A program made the position numbers and the translations under genes. Below the pieces are notes generated by a model that was not told where the DNA came from, made no database searches, and saw nothing but the letters and a program-made list of their open reading frames with translations. A stretch of 64,000 nucleotides of DNA, from assembly GCA_964016885.1 (NCBI GenBank), contig OZ024743.1, positions 306,342,001 through 306,406,000 of the forward strand. Reading direction: 5' to 3'. Origin of the DNA: Eledone cirrhosa. Taxonomy: Eukaryota. Below, piece by piece: positions 27,812-39,695 of the stretch (positions are counted from its first letter, which is position 1; every line of letters begins with the position of its first letter).

Positions 27812-28254
27812 AGACAGACAGGCGGACAGGCGGACAGGCGGACAGGCGGACAGGCGGACAGGCGGACAGACGGACAGGCGGACAGGCGGACAGGCAGACA
27901 GGCAGACAGGCGGACAGGCGGACAGGCGGACAGGCGGACAGGCGGACAGGCGGACAGGCGGACAGGCGGACAGGCAGACAGGCAGACAGGCGGACAGGCG
28001 GACAGGCGGACAGGCGGACAAACGGACAGACGGACAGGCGGACAGGCGGACAGGCGGACAGGCGGACAGGCGGACAGACGGACAGGCGGACAGGCGGACA
28101 GGCGGACAGACGGACAGGCGGACAGGCGGACAGGCGGACAGACGGACAGGCGGACAGGCGGACAGGCGGACAAACGGACAGGCGGACAGACGGACAGGCG
28201 GACAGGCGGACAGGCGGACAGGCGGACAGGCGGACAGGCGGACAGAGGCAGACA
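27812..28254. repeat. (GGACAGGC)n 8-bp satellite
   Basis: Directly visible; abuts the 3' end of Tx1 copy 1. Confidence 0.95.
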
Positions 28255-28478
28255 AATTTCTGTTTATTTGCCACTAGGGCACAAAAGAAAGGGACATGTA
28301 CATGGGTGGGGGGAGTTTACATAAAAATCGAGTAAGAAAAATATAACAAACAAAATAATAACAAGAAGGTCCTCAATAGGGAGGGATCGTTTTGGGGTCA
28401 CACACACCCCCGAAAAAAAGTGTGCGACCCTTCTCCACGGGAGCACAAAGAGAGGGTGCTCCCTTCTTTCTGTTCCAC

Positions 28479-31400
28479 CTACAGGCTGAGGTAGAGAGAA
28501 GGCCCATTCACACGGGCCATTCTCGCAACTTTCACCCACCTTTCATAAAACTGGCTGGAGTGGAGCACCTCTCTCTCCATCCTGATCCTTCTTCCGAAAT
28601 GGTATCGGAAGAAAAGGACCAGTTGTTGGCCGGAGAGAAAGGTGTCCGACCTCAGCCCTTTCAGACGCGTCCACCATATAGCCTCTTTTACCATGGCTAT
28701 TACACAGAGGAAGACCGCCTCTCCTTCATTTTTGAAGGGGGGAGCTGGCTTGATCGTTACAATGGACTCGGTGGTCAACCTAATTGGTCCCACCCGTGAC
28801 AGCAGTCGTTCGACATAGCCCCACAGATCGGCAACGCCCGGGCAGTGCACCAATGCGTGCGCGACGGTTTCCTCGTCGCGCACGCATCTGGGACAGATCT
28901 TTTTCGAGGGGTCCCTACCCGGGCGCCCGTGTCTGTAGAGCTTATCCCGAACGGGCAGAGCCCCTCGGTAGCACTGCCAGGCCAAGGACTTCTGGAAGTT
29001 GTCCATAGGTCCCGGGCCGAAAGTCCTACCGAATAGACTGGCCAGTTCGTCCTCCTCCATGCCTAGGGCTTCTCCGAGGGCGTCGTCGCACCCGCTAACC
29101 ACCAGCCCTCTATAGAATGACGAGGTGGAGTCTCCGTCGATAGCCGGGTCCGCCTGCCAGAGAGCCGTGAGCGCCTGGGCACACTCGGTGTGCCAGTCGC
29201 CCAGTTTTCTCGGTCTTTGCTTCACCCAGGACTGCAGCTCGGTGAGCGAGACGAGCCTCGGGAAGGCTCGCCTCACAAACGGGGCCCACACCGGTTGACC
29301 GGTGAGGAATACGTGGAGGTGCCTTAGCCTCAATGCGTGTTTACGCATTTTTAGCCACGGCATCCCCAGCCCTCCTTTCAAAGGGTGTTGACAGCAGATG
29401 GATCTCCTCACCAGAGGAGACCTCTTCTTCCAAAGGAAATAAAAGAGGGCGCGCTCCATTTTGGCGAGGATCTCACCCGGGCAAGGCACGACAGTCAAGC
29501 GGTAATAGATGACGGACGCTATGTAAGCATTCGCCACCTCCGCCCGACCTTTTAGGGATAGTTTGCACTCGGCCCACTTCTGGGTCAGTGCAAACACCCT
29601 ATTCGTCACCTCACCCCAGTTTTTCTCCACCTGGAGGTCCGGTCCGAACCAGACCCCAAGCAACTTCACCGGGCCCTCCGTCCACCGTCCGACGATACCG
29701 TCGCACGACATCGCTTTGCCCCTCCACTCGCCGAGTTGCAAAGCGACTGACTTGTCCCGGTTCAGCTTAGCCCCTGTCAACCTTTCGTACTCCTCTAGTA
29801 AGGTGCCGATTGCCTCGATTTCCGAGGCGGTCGACACCATTACTGTTACGTCATCGGCGTAGGCCGACACCGCTTTGCGCAATCCCGGTTCCAAAGGGAT
29901 GCCCTGCAACAACTCCAACTTCCGCAGTAATGGCTCGAGAGTCAACACATACAGAAGGGAGGAGAGAGGGCACCCCTGTCGGATGGAGCGGGTGATTTCG
30001 AACGGCTCCGAAAGGTAGCCGTTCACCTTGACTCTAGAGCAGATGCGGCTGCTGTGCATGGCAGTGATCCAGCCCCTGAAAACGGGTCCGAACCCAGCCG
30101 CCGCTAGCACCGCATCCAGGTAACCATGGTCCACTCTATCGAACGCTTTAGACTGATCTAAATTTATCAGGGCCCCACCAAAGCCGGGTTCGTTCCCAAC
30201 CCTCTCTATGATGTATCGCATGAGGTGGAGGTTGTCGTGGATGGACCTGGACGGGATAGCGCATGTCTGCGCATCTCCCACCAGTCCCCCCACGACAAGC
30301 GCCAACCTCTTCGCTAACACCTTCGCCAAAATCTTTAACTCTGCATTTAGCAGAGTTATGGGCCTAAAATTACTAATGTCATCCCCCTTGTTCTCGTCCT
30401 TCCTCACTAGCGAGACTACGCCCTTGGTCACAGAACAGGGAATTCTCCCGTTCTGTTGCCAGTTGCAGTAGACCGCCTCGAGGAGATCGGGGAACAAGTC
30501 CGGCATATTAATATATAGTTCGTAGGGCAGACCATCGAGTCCTGGAGATTTGCGTTTGCCGCATAGGCTCAGCACGTCCCCTATTTCAGCAGCTGAGATC
30601 GGCCCGTCGCAGGACCTCGCCTCCCTGTCCGAAAGACGCGGCAGGCCGTCGAGGTATGGACCGAAATCCACACCTCCAACCGGCTCCCCGCCCCTCCCGA
30701 ACAATTGGGCAAAGTGCCTTTGAAAGGCCTCGCACATTTGCTTAGGTTCAAGGATCAGCCGTCCATCCTGGTCTCGCAAAGACCGGATAGTGGATTTAAT
30801 CCCACTTTTCGCTTCTGTCACGCGGGCCCAGCTAACAGCTTTGGTCCCCTCGTTTCCCAGAGCACGTATTTTGCTTCGGACAACGCAGCCTTCGTGTTTC
30901 GCGTCGAAGAACTGGTTCAAGACCGTTCTCGACGCTTGCACTCTGGCCACGTTGCCGCTTCTCATTGCCTCTTCAACATTAACTACCAACTCCCTTTCCT
31001 TCCTATTTCTATCTGAGGCTAACTCCTTACTAACTCCTATTGAAACTACTCTAATCTCTCTTTTTAGAGAGCCCCACCACCTGTTGTTGACGATGGCGCC
31101 CGTCAACTGCTCCTTAACTAAGGTTCTAATCCGGTCCCTGTAAGCTCTACTTGCCGGTAAGGACAAGTTGAGCTTCCAGTAACCGGGCCCCTGCCTATGC
31201 GTTCTATCAAGGTGGACTACGCAGGTCACTAACTTGTGGTCTGAATAGCCCACCATGAGCATTTCTGGACAACTTAAAAAGTCCCTATCCTTAATTCTAA
31301 CTAAGAACCTATCTAGGTACGATCTAGATTGACCACTGTTATTTGACCAGGTCCAGGTTGGTACAGTCGGAAAATCTAGTCGGTATCTATCGGCCAGGTC

Positions 31401-31916
31401 GAATCGACCGATTAACCCCTTAAGGCTGTTACACCCCCCTCTATCGGGACATGCCCCTACATAGTCCCAACGTGCATCTAGGATACCATTCCAGTCCCCC
31501 ACTAAAAGCAAGGAGCGGGACGTCCCTAGAAAAGTCTCCAGACGATGGAAGAAGTCCGACCGCATTGCCCCAAAAGGGGCGTATACGGCGACAAGCCTAA
31601 AAGCTTCGCCTTCGCCATTGCCAAGGTCCAGAACCACGAGTCGACCCTCCGGGTCCAAGTGTACCGTCTGTGTAGCGAGACCCAGATGTTTTTGCAGCAG
31701 AACGACAACCCCACCCCCACCTCCGGGCTGACAGAGAGATGCGTGCATCTCAAAGTCATCAAAGGTGGGGGTTAGCTGTCGCATGCTGCTGATCCGGGCC
31801 TCGCAAATAACCATCACATTTACACATTGTGACCTGAAGTCACTTAGAAGTTTAGCTTGCTTCCAAGGTGAGCCCAGGCCACGCGCATTTAGACAACCCA
31901 CTCTTAAGACAGCCAT
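28479..31916 (-). CDS. ORF2: APE endonuclease, reverse transcriptase and C-terminal zinc finger (1145 aa)
   Basis: LNARGL, VYAP, GDWN, YLDRF, SDH (APE); SPGLDG, FRPITLLN, LDQSKAFDRV, QGCPLS, YADDV (RT); CPRC...ETVAHALVHC; GPGYWKLN linker and HPLKGGLGMP typical of Tx1. Confidence 0.96.
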   Translation of the reverse strand: MAVLRVGCLNARGLGSPWKQAKLLSDFRSQCVNVMVICEARISSMRQLTPTFDDFEMHASLCQPGGGGGVVVLLQKHLGLATQTVHLDPEGRLVVLDLGNGEGEAFRLVAVYAPFGAMRSDFFHRLETFLGTSRSLLLVGDWNGILDARWDYVGACPDRGGCNSLKGLIGRFDLADRYRLDFPTVPTWTWSNNSGQSRSYLDRFLVRIKDRDFLSCPEMLMVGYSDHKLVTCVVHLDRTHRQGPGYWKLNLSLPASRAYRDRIRTLVKEQLTGAIVNNRWWGSLKREIRVVSIGVSKELASDRNRKERELVVNVEEAMRSGNVARVQASRTVLNQFFDAKHEGCVVRSKIRALGNEGTKAVSWARVTEAKSGIKSTIRSLRDQDGRLILEPKQMCEAFQRHFAQLFGRGGEPVGGVDFGPYLDGLPRLSDREARSCDGPISAAEIGDVLSLCGKRKSPGLDGLPYELYINMPDLFPDLLEAVYCNWQQNGRIPCSVTKGVVSLVRKDENKGDDISNFRPITLLNAELKILAKVLAKRLALVVGGLVGDAQTCAIPSRSIHDNLHLMRYIIERVGNEPGFGGALINLDQSKAFDRVDHGYLDAVLAAAGFGPVFRGWITAMHSSRICSRVKVNGYLSEPFEITRSIRQGCPLSSLLYVLTLEPLLRKLELLQGIPLEPGLRKAVSAYADDVTVMVSTASEIEAIGTLLEEYERLTGAKLNRDKSVALQLGEWRGKAMSCDGIVGRWTEGPVKLLGVWFGPDLQVEKNWGEVTNRVFALTQKWAECKLSLKGRAEVANAYIASVIYYRLTVVPCPGEILAKMERALFYFLWKKRSPLVRRSICCQHPLKGGLGMPWLKMRKHALRLRHLHVFLTGQPVWAPFVRRAFPRLVSLTELQSWVKQRPRKLGDWHTECAQALTALWQADPAIDGDSTSSFYRGLVVSGCDDALGEALGMEEDELASLFGRTFGPGPMDNFQKSLAWQCYRGALPVRDKLYRHGRPGRDPSKKICPRCVRDEETVAHALVHCPGVADLWGYVERLLSRVGPIRLTTESIVTIKPAPPFKNEGEAVFLCVIAMVKEAIWWTRLKGLRSDTFLSGQQLVLFFRYHFGRRIRMEREVLHSSQFYERWVKVARMARVNGPSLYLSL

Positions 31917-31939
31917 GTTGGTGGCAAAGAAAGAGGCAC

Positions 31940-33691
31940 TTACCTCTCTGCGTCCCGGGGTTCGGGTCGCTCAGTTTCCATGGGGCTGGTGGCGGGGTTG
32001 ACGGGTGGGGTGGTGGTTTGTGGTGGTGTGGGGGTATTGGTGTGTGGAGGGGTTGGGATCTTTGGAGTTGTGTGGGTGTTTGAGGAGGGGAGGGGAAAAC
32101 CTTTCAGGAGGACGCGGTTGAGTGGCCTGGTGCAGGGTGGGCCCACGTCCTCAGGGTACATGTCTTTTAAAGTTTTAAAAATGTCAAGTGGGATTTTCAC
32201 CATTTTCAGGTTAGGGAGCCCCATTGCCGTTACGAAATTCGGCCCTTCGGTTTGTATCGAAGGGTTGGTTTCTATTTTTAAAGTTAGGTTTTCATTGTTT
32301 TTGTTTATGTATGTGTAGAGTTTTTGTGTTGTTGTGTTTGTTTTTGCTTGTTGTTGTTGAGTGAGTTTGCGTTTTATTGTCTGTGTTGTGTTGTCAGGTG
32401 GGGTTATTTTTGTTGTTGTGGTGTGTGTACGTTTTTTTCTTTTCACTTTTTGGAAGGGAGCCCCCTCGTCTTCCGACGATATGAGCTCCTCTTCCGTATT
32501 GGAGGGGAGGGGTATATCTCCGGGTTGTGTATGAACTGTTTTTGTATTTGTGTTCTGTGGGGTGGGGCTGGGTGGGACCGTGTTTTGGGTTGTTTTCTTG
32601 AGCTGTTGTTGATGTTGTTGTTGTTGTGGTGGTGGTGGTGTTGTTGGTTTTTGTTGTTCTGGTGGAGATGGTAGTGTATTTTGTTGTTTTTGTGATGGTG
32701 GTGCTGGTTGTTTTTGTTGTTGTTGTGGTGTTTGTAGCAGTGGTTTTTTAGTTGTTAGTAGAGGGCAGGCCGTCCTCAGGTGACCTCTGCCAGCGCAGTG
32801 GTAACATGAGGGTCTCCTGCCTTCCACTGTGATATTTATGTAGGTTCGCCCATCCAGTAGCACTCGGTCGGGTATTCCGGAGATTCTCTCAGGTGTCATC
32901 TGTAAGAGAACCTCCAGACTTTTCCCCCCGAACAGTCCACTGGTGGACTCCCCTGCTGAAATTAGTATGTCCTTATCTAGGTCGGTAAATCCTGTTAGGA
33001 CGGACCAGATGTTAATTTCTGGCGTAGGGCTCCACATTCTTATCCTTTGTGTTCTTCTTCCTTTATATGTGGGGAAGAAGGTGTATTGTGGTGACACTAT
33101 AGGTGCCACCGAATATTTCTGAGCCAGCATTTCGTCCTTCATTCGGACCATAATGCTGGCATACAGCTTTCCTCTTTGAATAAAGAGTATGTCATTTTTA
33201 ATTTCTTTCAGAACCAGCTCGATTTGACTTTCGGTCAATTGCGCTGGCTTTCTCGTTTCGTTGGTTAGGGTTCTGAAGCTTACGGTATTCTTGTAAATCT
33301 GTTCACGCACTTCTTCTGGGGAGTTGATCGTAAAAGAACCATCCACCCCAAAAGATACGTATTTTCTAGCCTCTAGCAAATTTTCCTTGGCGTTCGTGAT
33401 GTCAATGGCTTTGTACTCCGTGGCTCTCTTGAGTGTTTGGGCAAAAGAAATTTTGTCTTTGTTTGTTGTTGTAATGTTGTTGGTTTCCTTATTTGTGGTG
33501 TTATTTTTTTCTTGAAAATTAATTTTTTCATTTGAATTGAAATTCTTTTTTTCATTGGAGAGGAGGGGTTGTTCAACAGTTTGAACTGTTGTTCCCTCTT
33601 TCCCGCTTGTTTTTTTGGTCGGCGTGGCGTTCGCTTCCAATATGGCGATATCGTTTTCGACGATATCGTTATCAACGATATCGATAAACAT
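31940..33691 (-). CDS. ORF1 nucleic-acid-binding protein with CCHC zinc knuckle (583 aa)
   Basis: CYHCAGRGHLRTAC knuckle and Q/P/T-rich tail; lies directly upstream of ORF2. Confidence 0.92.
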   Translation of the reverse strand: MFIDIVDNDIVENDIAILEANATPTKKTSGKEGTTVQTVEQPLLSNEKKNFNSNEKINFQEKNNTTNKETNNITTTNKDKISFAQTLKRATEYKAIDITNAKENLLEARKYVSFGVDGSFTINSPEEVREQIYKNTVSFRTLTNETRKPAQLTESQIELVLKEIKNDILFIQRGKLYASIMVRMKDEMLAQKYSVAPIVSPQYTFFPTYKGRRTQRIRMWSPTPEINIWSVLTGFTDLDKDILISAGESTSGLFGGKSLEVLLQMTPERISGIPDRVLLDGRTYINITVEGRRPSCYHCAGRGHLRTACPLLTTKKPLLQTPQQQQKQPAPPSQKQQNTLPSPPEQQKPTTPPPPQQQQHQQQLKKTTQNTVPPSPTPQNTNTKTVHTQPGDIPLPSNTEEELISSEDEGAPFQKVKRKKRTHTTTTKITPPDNTTQTIKRKLTQQQQAKTNTTTQKLYTYINKNNENLTLKIETNPSIQTEGPNFVTAMGLPNLKMVKIPLDIFKTLKDMYPEDVGPPCTRPLNRVLLKGFPLPSSNTHTTPKIPTPPHTNTPTPPQTTTPPVNPATSPMETERPEPRDAER

Positions 33692-33866
33692 TTCTCAAAT
33701 ATTTATTTTTCACCCCAAAAGGGGTGAAAATATATTTACCCGACGTCTAGAGTCCCAGACTAGGGGTTACAGTTAATTATACAAAATAATTCAAAAAAAT
33801 CCACTCACAAAATTAGCAGGTAAAAATCCAAATCACAGAGCGATATGACACACGTCTACTATCCTC

Positions 33867-36800
33867 AGACAGAGAGACAGACAGAGAGACAGACAGAGAG
33901 ACTGACAGAGAGACAGACAGAGAGACAGACAGAGAGGCAGACAGAGAGGCAGACAGAGAGGCAGACAGAGAGACATACAGAGAGACAGAGAGAGAGACAG
34001 ACAGAGAGACAGACAGAGAGGCAGACAGAGAGGCAGAAAGAGAGACAGACAGAGAGACAGACAGAGAGACGGACAGAGAGGCAGACAGAGAGGCAGAAAG
34101 AGAGACAGACAGAGAGACAGACAGAGAGACAGACAGAGAGACAGACAGAGAGACTGACAGAGAGACAGACAGAGAGACAGACAGAGAGGCAGACAGAGAG
34201 GCAGACAGAGAGGCAGACAGAGAGACATACAGAGAGACAGAGAGAGAGACAGACAGAGAGACAGACAGAGAGGCAGACAGAGAGGCAGAAAGAGAGACAG
34301 ACAGAGAGACAGACAGAGAGACGGACAGAGAGGCAGACAGAGAGGCAGACAGAGAGGCAGACAGAGAGACATACAGAGAGGCAGAGAGAGAGACAGACAG
34401 AGAGACAGACAGAGAGGCAGACAGAGAGGCAGAAAGAGAGACAGACAGAGAGACAGACAGAGAGACGGACAGAGAGACAGACAGAGAGACAGACAGAGAG
34501 GCAGACAGAGAGACAGACAGAGAGGCAGACAGAGAGGCAGAAAGAGAGACAGACAGAGAGACAGACAGAGAGACAGACAGAGAGACAGACAGAGAGACTG
34601 ACAGAGAGACAGACAGAGAGACAGACAGAGAGGCAGACAGAGAGGCAGACAGAGAGGCAGACAGAGAGACATACAGAGAGACAGAGAGAGAGACAGACAG
34701 AGAGACAGACAGAGAGGCAGACAGAGAGGCAGAAAGAGAGACAGACAGAGAGACAGACAGAGAGACGGACAGAGAGGCAGACAGAGAGGCAGACAGAGAG
34801 GCAGACAGAGAGACATACAGAGAGGCAGAGAGAGAGACAGACAGAGAGACAGACAGAGAGGCAGACAGAGAGGCAGAAAGAGAGACAGACAGAGAGACAG
34901 ACAGAGAGACGGACAGAGAGACAGACAGAGAGACAGACAGAGAGGCAGACAGAGAGACAGACAGAGAGGCAGACAGAGAGGCAGACAGAGAGACAGACAG
35001 AGAGACTGACAGAGAGACAGACAGAGAGACATACAGAGAGGCAGACAGAGAGACAGACAGAGAGGCAGATAGAGAGGCAGACAGAGAGACATACAGAGAG
35101 ACAGACAGAGAGACATACAGAGAGGCAGAAAGAGAGACAGACAGAGAGACAGACAGAGAGACGGACAGAGAGACAGACAGAGAGATAGACAGAGAGACAG
35201 ACAGAGAGGCAGACAGAGAGACAGACAGAGAGGCAGACAGAGAGGCAGACAGAGAGACAGACAGGGAGACTGACAGAGAGACAGACAGAGAGACAGACAG
35301 AGAGGCAGACAGAGAGACAGACAGAGAGGCAGACAGAGAGGCAGACAGAGAGACATACAGAGAGACAGACAGAGAGACATACAGAGAGGCAGAAAGAGAG
35401 ACAGACAGAGAGACAGACAGAGAGACGGACAGAGAGACAGACAGAGAGACAGACAGAGAGACATACAGAGAAGCAGACAGAGAGACAGAGAGAGAGACAG
35501 ACAGAGAGACATACAGAGAGGCAGACAGAGAGGCAGACAGAGAGGCAGACAGAGAGGCAGACAGAGAGACAGAGAGAGAGACAGACAGAGAGACATACAG
35601 AGAGGCAGACAGAGAGGCAGACAGAGAGACATACAGAGAGGCAGAGAGAGAGACAGACAGAGAGACAAACAGAGAGGCAGACAGAGAGGCAGAAAGAGAG
35701 ACAGACAGAGAGACAGACAGAGAGACGGACAGAGAGACAGACAGAGAGACAGACAGAGAGACATACAGAGAAGCAGACAGAGAGACAGAGAGAGAGACAG
35801 ACAGAGAGACATACAGAGAGGCAGACAGAGAGGCAGACAGAGAGGCAGACAGAGAGGCAGACAGAGAGGCATACAGAGAGACAGACAGAGAGACTGACAG
35901 AGAGGCAGACAGAGAGGCAGACAGAGAGACAGACAGAGAGACATAGAGAGAGGCAGACGGAGAGACAGACAGAGAGACATACAGAGAGGCAGACAGAGAG
36001 GCAGACAGAGAGGCAGACAGAGAGACATACAGAGAGGCAGACAGAGAGGCAGACAGAGAGACATACAGAGAGGCAGAGAGAGAGACAGACAGAGAGACAG
36101 ACAGAGAGACAGACAGAGAGGCAGGCCAAGAGACATACAGAGAGGCAGACAGAGAGACATACAGAGAGGCAGACAGAGAGACAGACAGAGAGACAGACAG
36201 AGAGGCAGACAGAGAGACATACAGAGAGGCAGACAGAGAGACAGACAGAGAGACAGACAGAGAGACAGACAGAGAGACAGACAGAGAGGCAGACCGAGAG
36301 ACATACAGAGAGGCAGACAGAGAGACGGACAGAGAGGCAGACAGAGAGACAGGCAGAGAGGCAGACAGAGAGACAGACAGAGAGACAGACAGAGAGACAG
36401 ACAGAGAGACGGACAGAGAGACGGACAGAGAGACGGACAGAGAGGCATACAGAGAGACAGACAGAGAGACTGACAGAGAGGCAGACAGAGAGGCAGACAG
36501 AGAGACAGACAGAGAGACATAGAGAGAGGCAGACGGAGAGACAGACAGAGAGACATACAGAGAGGCAGACAGAGAGGCAGACAGAGAGGCAGACAGAGAG
36601 ACATACAGAGAGGCAGACAGAGAGGCAGACAGAGAGACATACAGAGAGGCAGAGAGAGAGACAGACAGAGAGACAGACAGAGAGACAGACAGGGAGGCAG
36701 GCCAAGAGACATACAGAGAGGCAGACAGAGAGACATACAGAGAGGCAGACAGAGAGACAGACAGAGAGACAGACAGAGAGGCAGACAGAGAGACATACAG

Positions 36801-39473
36801 AGAGGCAGACAGAGAGACAGACAGAGAGACAGACAGAGAGACAGACAGAGAGACAGACCGAGAGGCAGACCGAGAGACATACAGAGAGGCAGACAGAGAG
36901 ACGGACAGAGAGGCAGACAGAGAGACAGGCAGAGAGGCAGACAGAGAGACAGACAGAGAGACAGACAGAGAGACAGACAGAGAGACGGACAGAGAGACGG
37001 ACAGAGAGACGGACAGAGAGACAGACAGAGAGACAGACAGAGAGGCAGACAGAGTGGCAGACAGAGAGGCAGACAGAGAGACAGACAGAGAGACAGACAG
37101 AGAGACAGACAGAGAGACAGACAGAGAGGCAGACAGAGAGACAGACAGAGATGCAGACAGAGAGACGGACAGAGAGACAGACAGAGGGACAGACAGAGAG
37201 GCAGACAGAGGGACAGACAGAGGGACAGACAGAGAGACATACAGAGAGGCAGACAGATAGATAGACAGAGAGACAGAAAGAGAGACAGACAGAGAGGCAG
37301 ACAGAGAGACAGGCAGAGAGGCAGACAGAGAGACAGACAGAGAGACAGACAGAGGGACAGACAGAGAGGCAGACAGAGAGGCAGACAGAGAGGCAGACAG
37401 AGAGACAGACAGAGAGACAGACAGAGGGACAGACAGAGAGGCAGACAGAGAGGCAGACAGAGAGACAGACAGAGAGACAGACAGAGAGACAGACAGAGAG
37501 ACAGACAGAGGGACAGACAGAGAGACATACAGAGAGGCAGACAGAGAGACAGACAGAGAGGCAGACAGAGAGACAGACTGAGAGGCAGACAGAGAGACAG
37601 ACAGAGAGGCAGACAGAGAGACAGACAGAGAGGTAGACAGAGAGACAGACAGAGAGACAGACAGAGAGACAAACAGAGAGACAGACAGAGAGACAGACAG
37701 AGAGACAGACAGAGAGACATACAGAGAGACATACAGAGAGGCAGACAGAGAGGCAGACAGAGAGGCAGACAGAGAGACATACAGAGAGACAGACAGAGGG
37801 ACAGACAGAGAGACATACAGAGAGACAGACAGAGAGACAGACAGAGAGGCAAACAGAGAGGCAGACAGAGAGGCAGACAGAGGCAGACAGAGGGACAGAC
37901 AGAGGGACAGACAGAGAGACAGACAGAGAGGCAGACAGAGAGACAGGCAGAGAGGCAGACAGAGAGGCAGACAGAGAGGCTGACAGAGAGACATACAGAG
38001 AGACAGACAGAGAGACAGACAGAGAGGCAAACAGAGAGGCAGACAGAGAGGCAAACAGAGAGGCAGACAGAGAGGCAGACAGAGAGACAGACAGAGAGAC
38101 AGGCAGAGAGGCAGACAGAGAGGCAGACAGAGAGACATACAGAGAGACAGACAGAGAGACAGACAGAGAGGCAAACAGAGAGGCAGACAGAGAGGCAAAC
38201 AGAGAGGCAGACAGAGAGGCAGACAGAGAGACAGACAGAGAGACAGGCAGAGAGGCAGACAGAGAGGCAGACAGAGAGGCTGACAGAGAGACATACAGAG
38301 AGACAGACAGAGAGACAGACAGAGAGGCAAACAGAGAGGCAGACAGAGAGGCAGACAGAGAGGCAGACAGAGAGACAGACAGAGAGACAGACCGAGAGGC
38401 AGACCGAGAGACATACAGAGAGGCAGACAGAGAGACGGACAGAGAGGCAGACAGAGAGACAGGCAGAGAGACAGACAGAGGGACAGACAGAGAGACATAC
38501 AGAGAGGCAGACAGAGAGACAGACAGAGAGGCAGACAGAGAGACAGACAGAGAGGCAGACAGAGAGACAGACAGAGAGGCAGACAGAGAGACAGACAGAG
38601 AGGTAGACAGAGAGACAGACAGAGAGACAGACAGAGAGACAGACAGAGAGACAGAGAGAGAGACATACAGAGAGGCAGACAGAGAGGCAGACAGAGAGAC
38701 AGAGAGAGAGACAGACAGAGAGACATACAGAGAGGCAGACAGAGAGGCAGACAGAGAGACATACAGAGAGGCAGAGAGAGAGACAGACAGAGAGACAAAC
38801 AGAGAGGCAGACAGAGAGGCAGAAAGAGAGACAGACAGAGAGACAGACAGAGAGACGGACAGAGAGACAGACAGAGAGACAGACAGAGAGACATACAGAG
38901 AAGCAGACAGAGAGACAGAGAGAGAGACAGACAGAGAGACATACAGAGAGGCAGACAGAGAGGCAGACAGAGAGGCAGACAGAGAGGCAGACAGAGAGGC
39001 ATACAGAGAGACAGACAGAGAGACTGACAGAGAGGCAGACAGAGAGGCAGACAGAGAGACAGACAGAGAGACATAGAGAGAGGCAGACGGAGAGACAGAC
39101 AGAGAGACATACAGAGAGGCAGACAGAGAGGCAGACAGAGAGGCAGACAGAGAGACATACAGAGAGGCAGACAGAGAGGCAGACAGAGAGACATACAGAG
39201 AGGCAGAGAGAGAGACAGACAGAGAGACAGACAGAGAGACAGACAGAGAGACAGACCGAGAGGCAGACCGAGAGACATACAGAGAGGCAGACAGAGAGAC
39301 GGACAGAGAGGCAGACAGAGAGACAGGCAGAGAGACAGACAGAGAGACGGACAGAGAGACGGACAGAGAGACGGACAGAGAGACAGACAGAGAGACAGAC
39401 AGAGAGGCAGACAGAGTGGCAGACAGAGAGGCAGACAGAGAGACAGACAGAGAGACAGACAGAGAGACAGACA
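33867..39473. repeat. 12-bp satellite (AGACAGAGAGAC / AGACAGAGAGGC) with higher-order variant blocks
   Basis: Directly visible; recurring strings of variant units. Confidence 0.97.
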
Positions 39474-39695
39474 AATTTCTGTTTATTTGCCACTAGGGCA
39501 CAAAAGAAAGGGACATGTACATGGGTGGGGGGAGTTTACATAAAAATCGAGTAAGAAAAATATAACAAACAAAATAATAACAAGAAGATCCTCAATAGGG
39601 AGGGATCGTTTTGGGGTCACACACACCCCCGAAAAAAGTGTGCGACCCTTCTCCACGGGAGCACAAAGAGGGGTGCTCCCTTCTTTCTGTTCCAC

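Larger units (their letters stand above)
28255..33866 (-). mobile_element. Full-length Tx1-like (L1 clade) non-LTR retrotransposon, copy 1
   Basis: Two intact ORFs; boundaries shared exactly with copy 2. AATAAA near the 3' end, no poly(A), flanked by GACA-type repeats. Confidence 0.93.

Noticed and set aside
28392-33515. Plus-strand ORFs overlapping the Tx1 elements
   Set aside because: Antisense shadows of ORF1 and ORF2, with no motifs.
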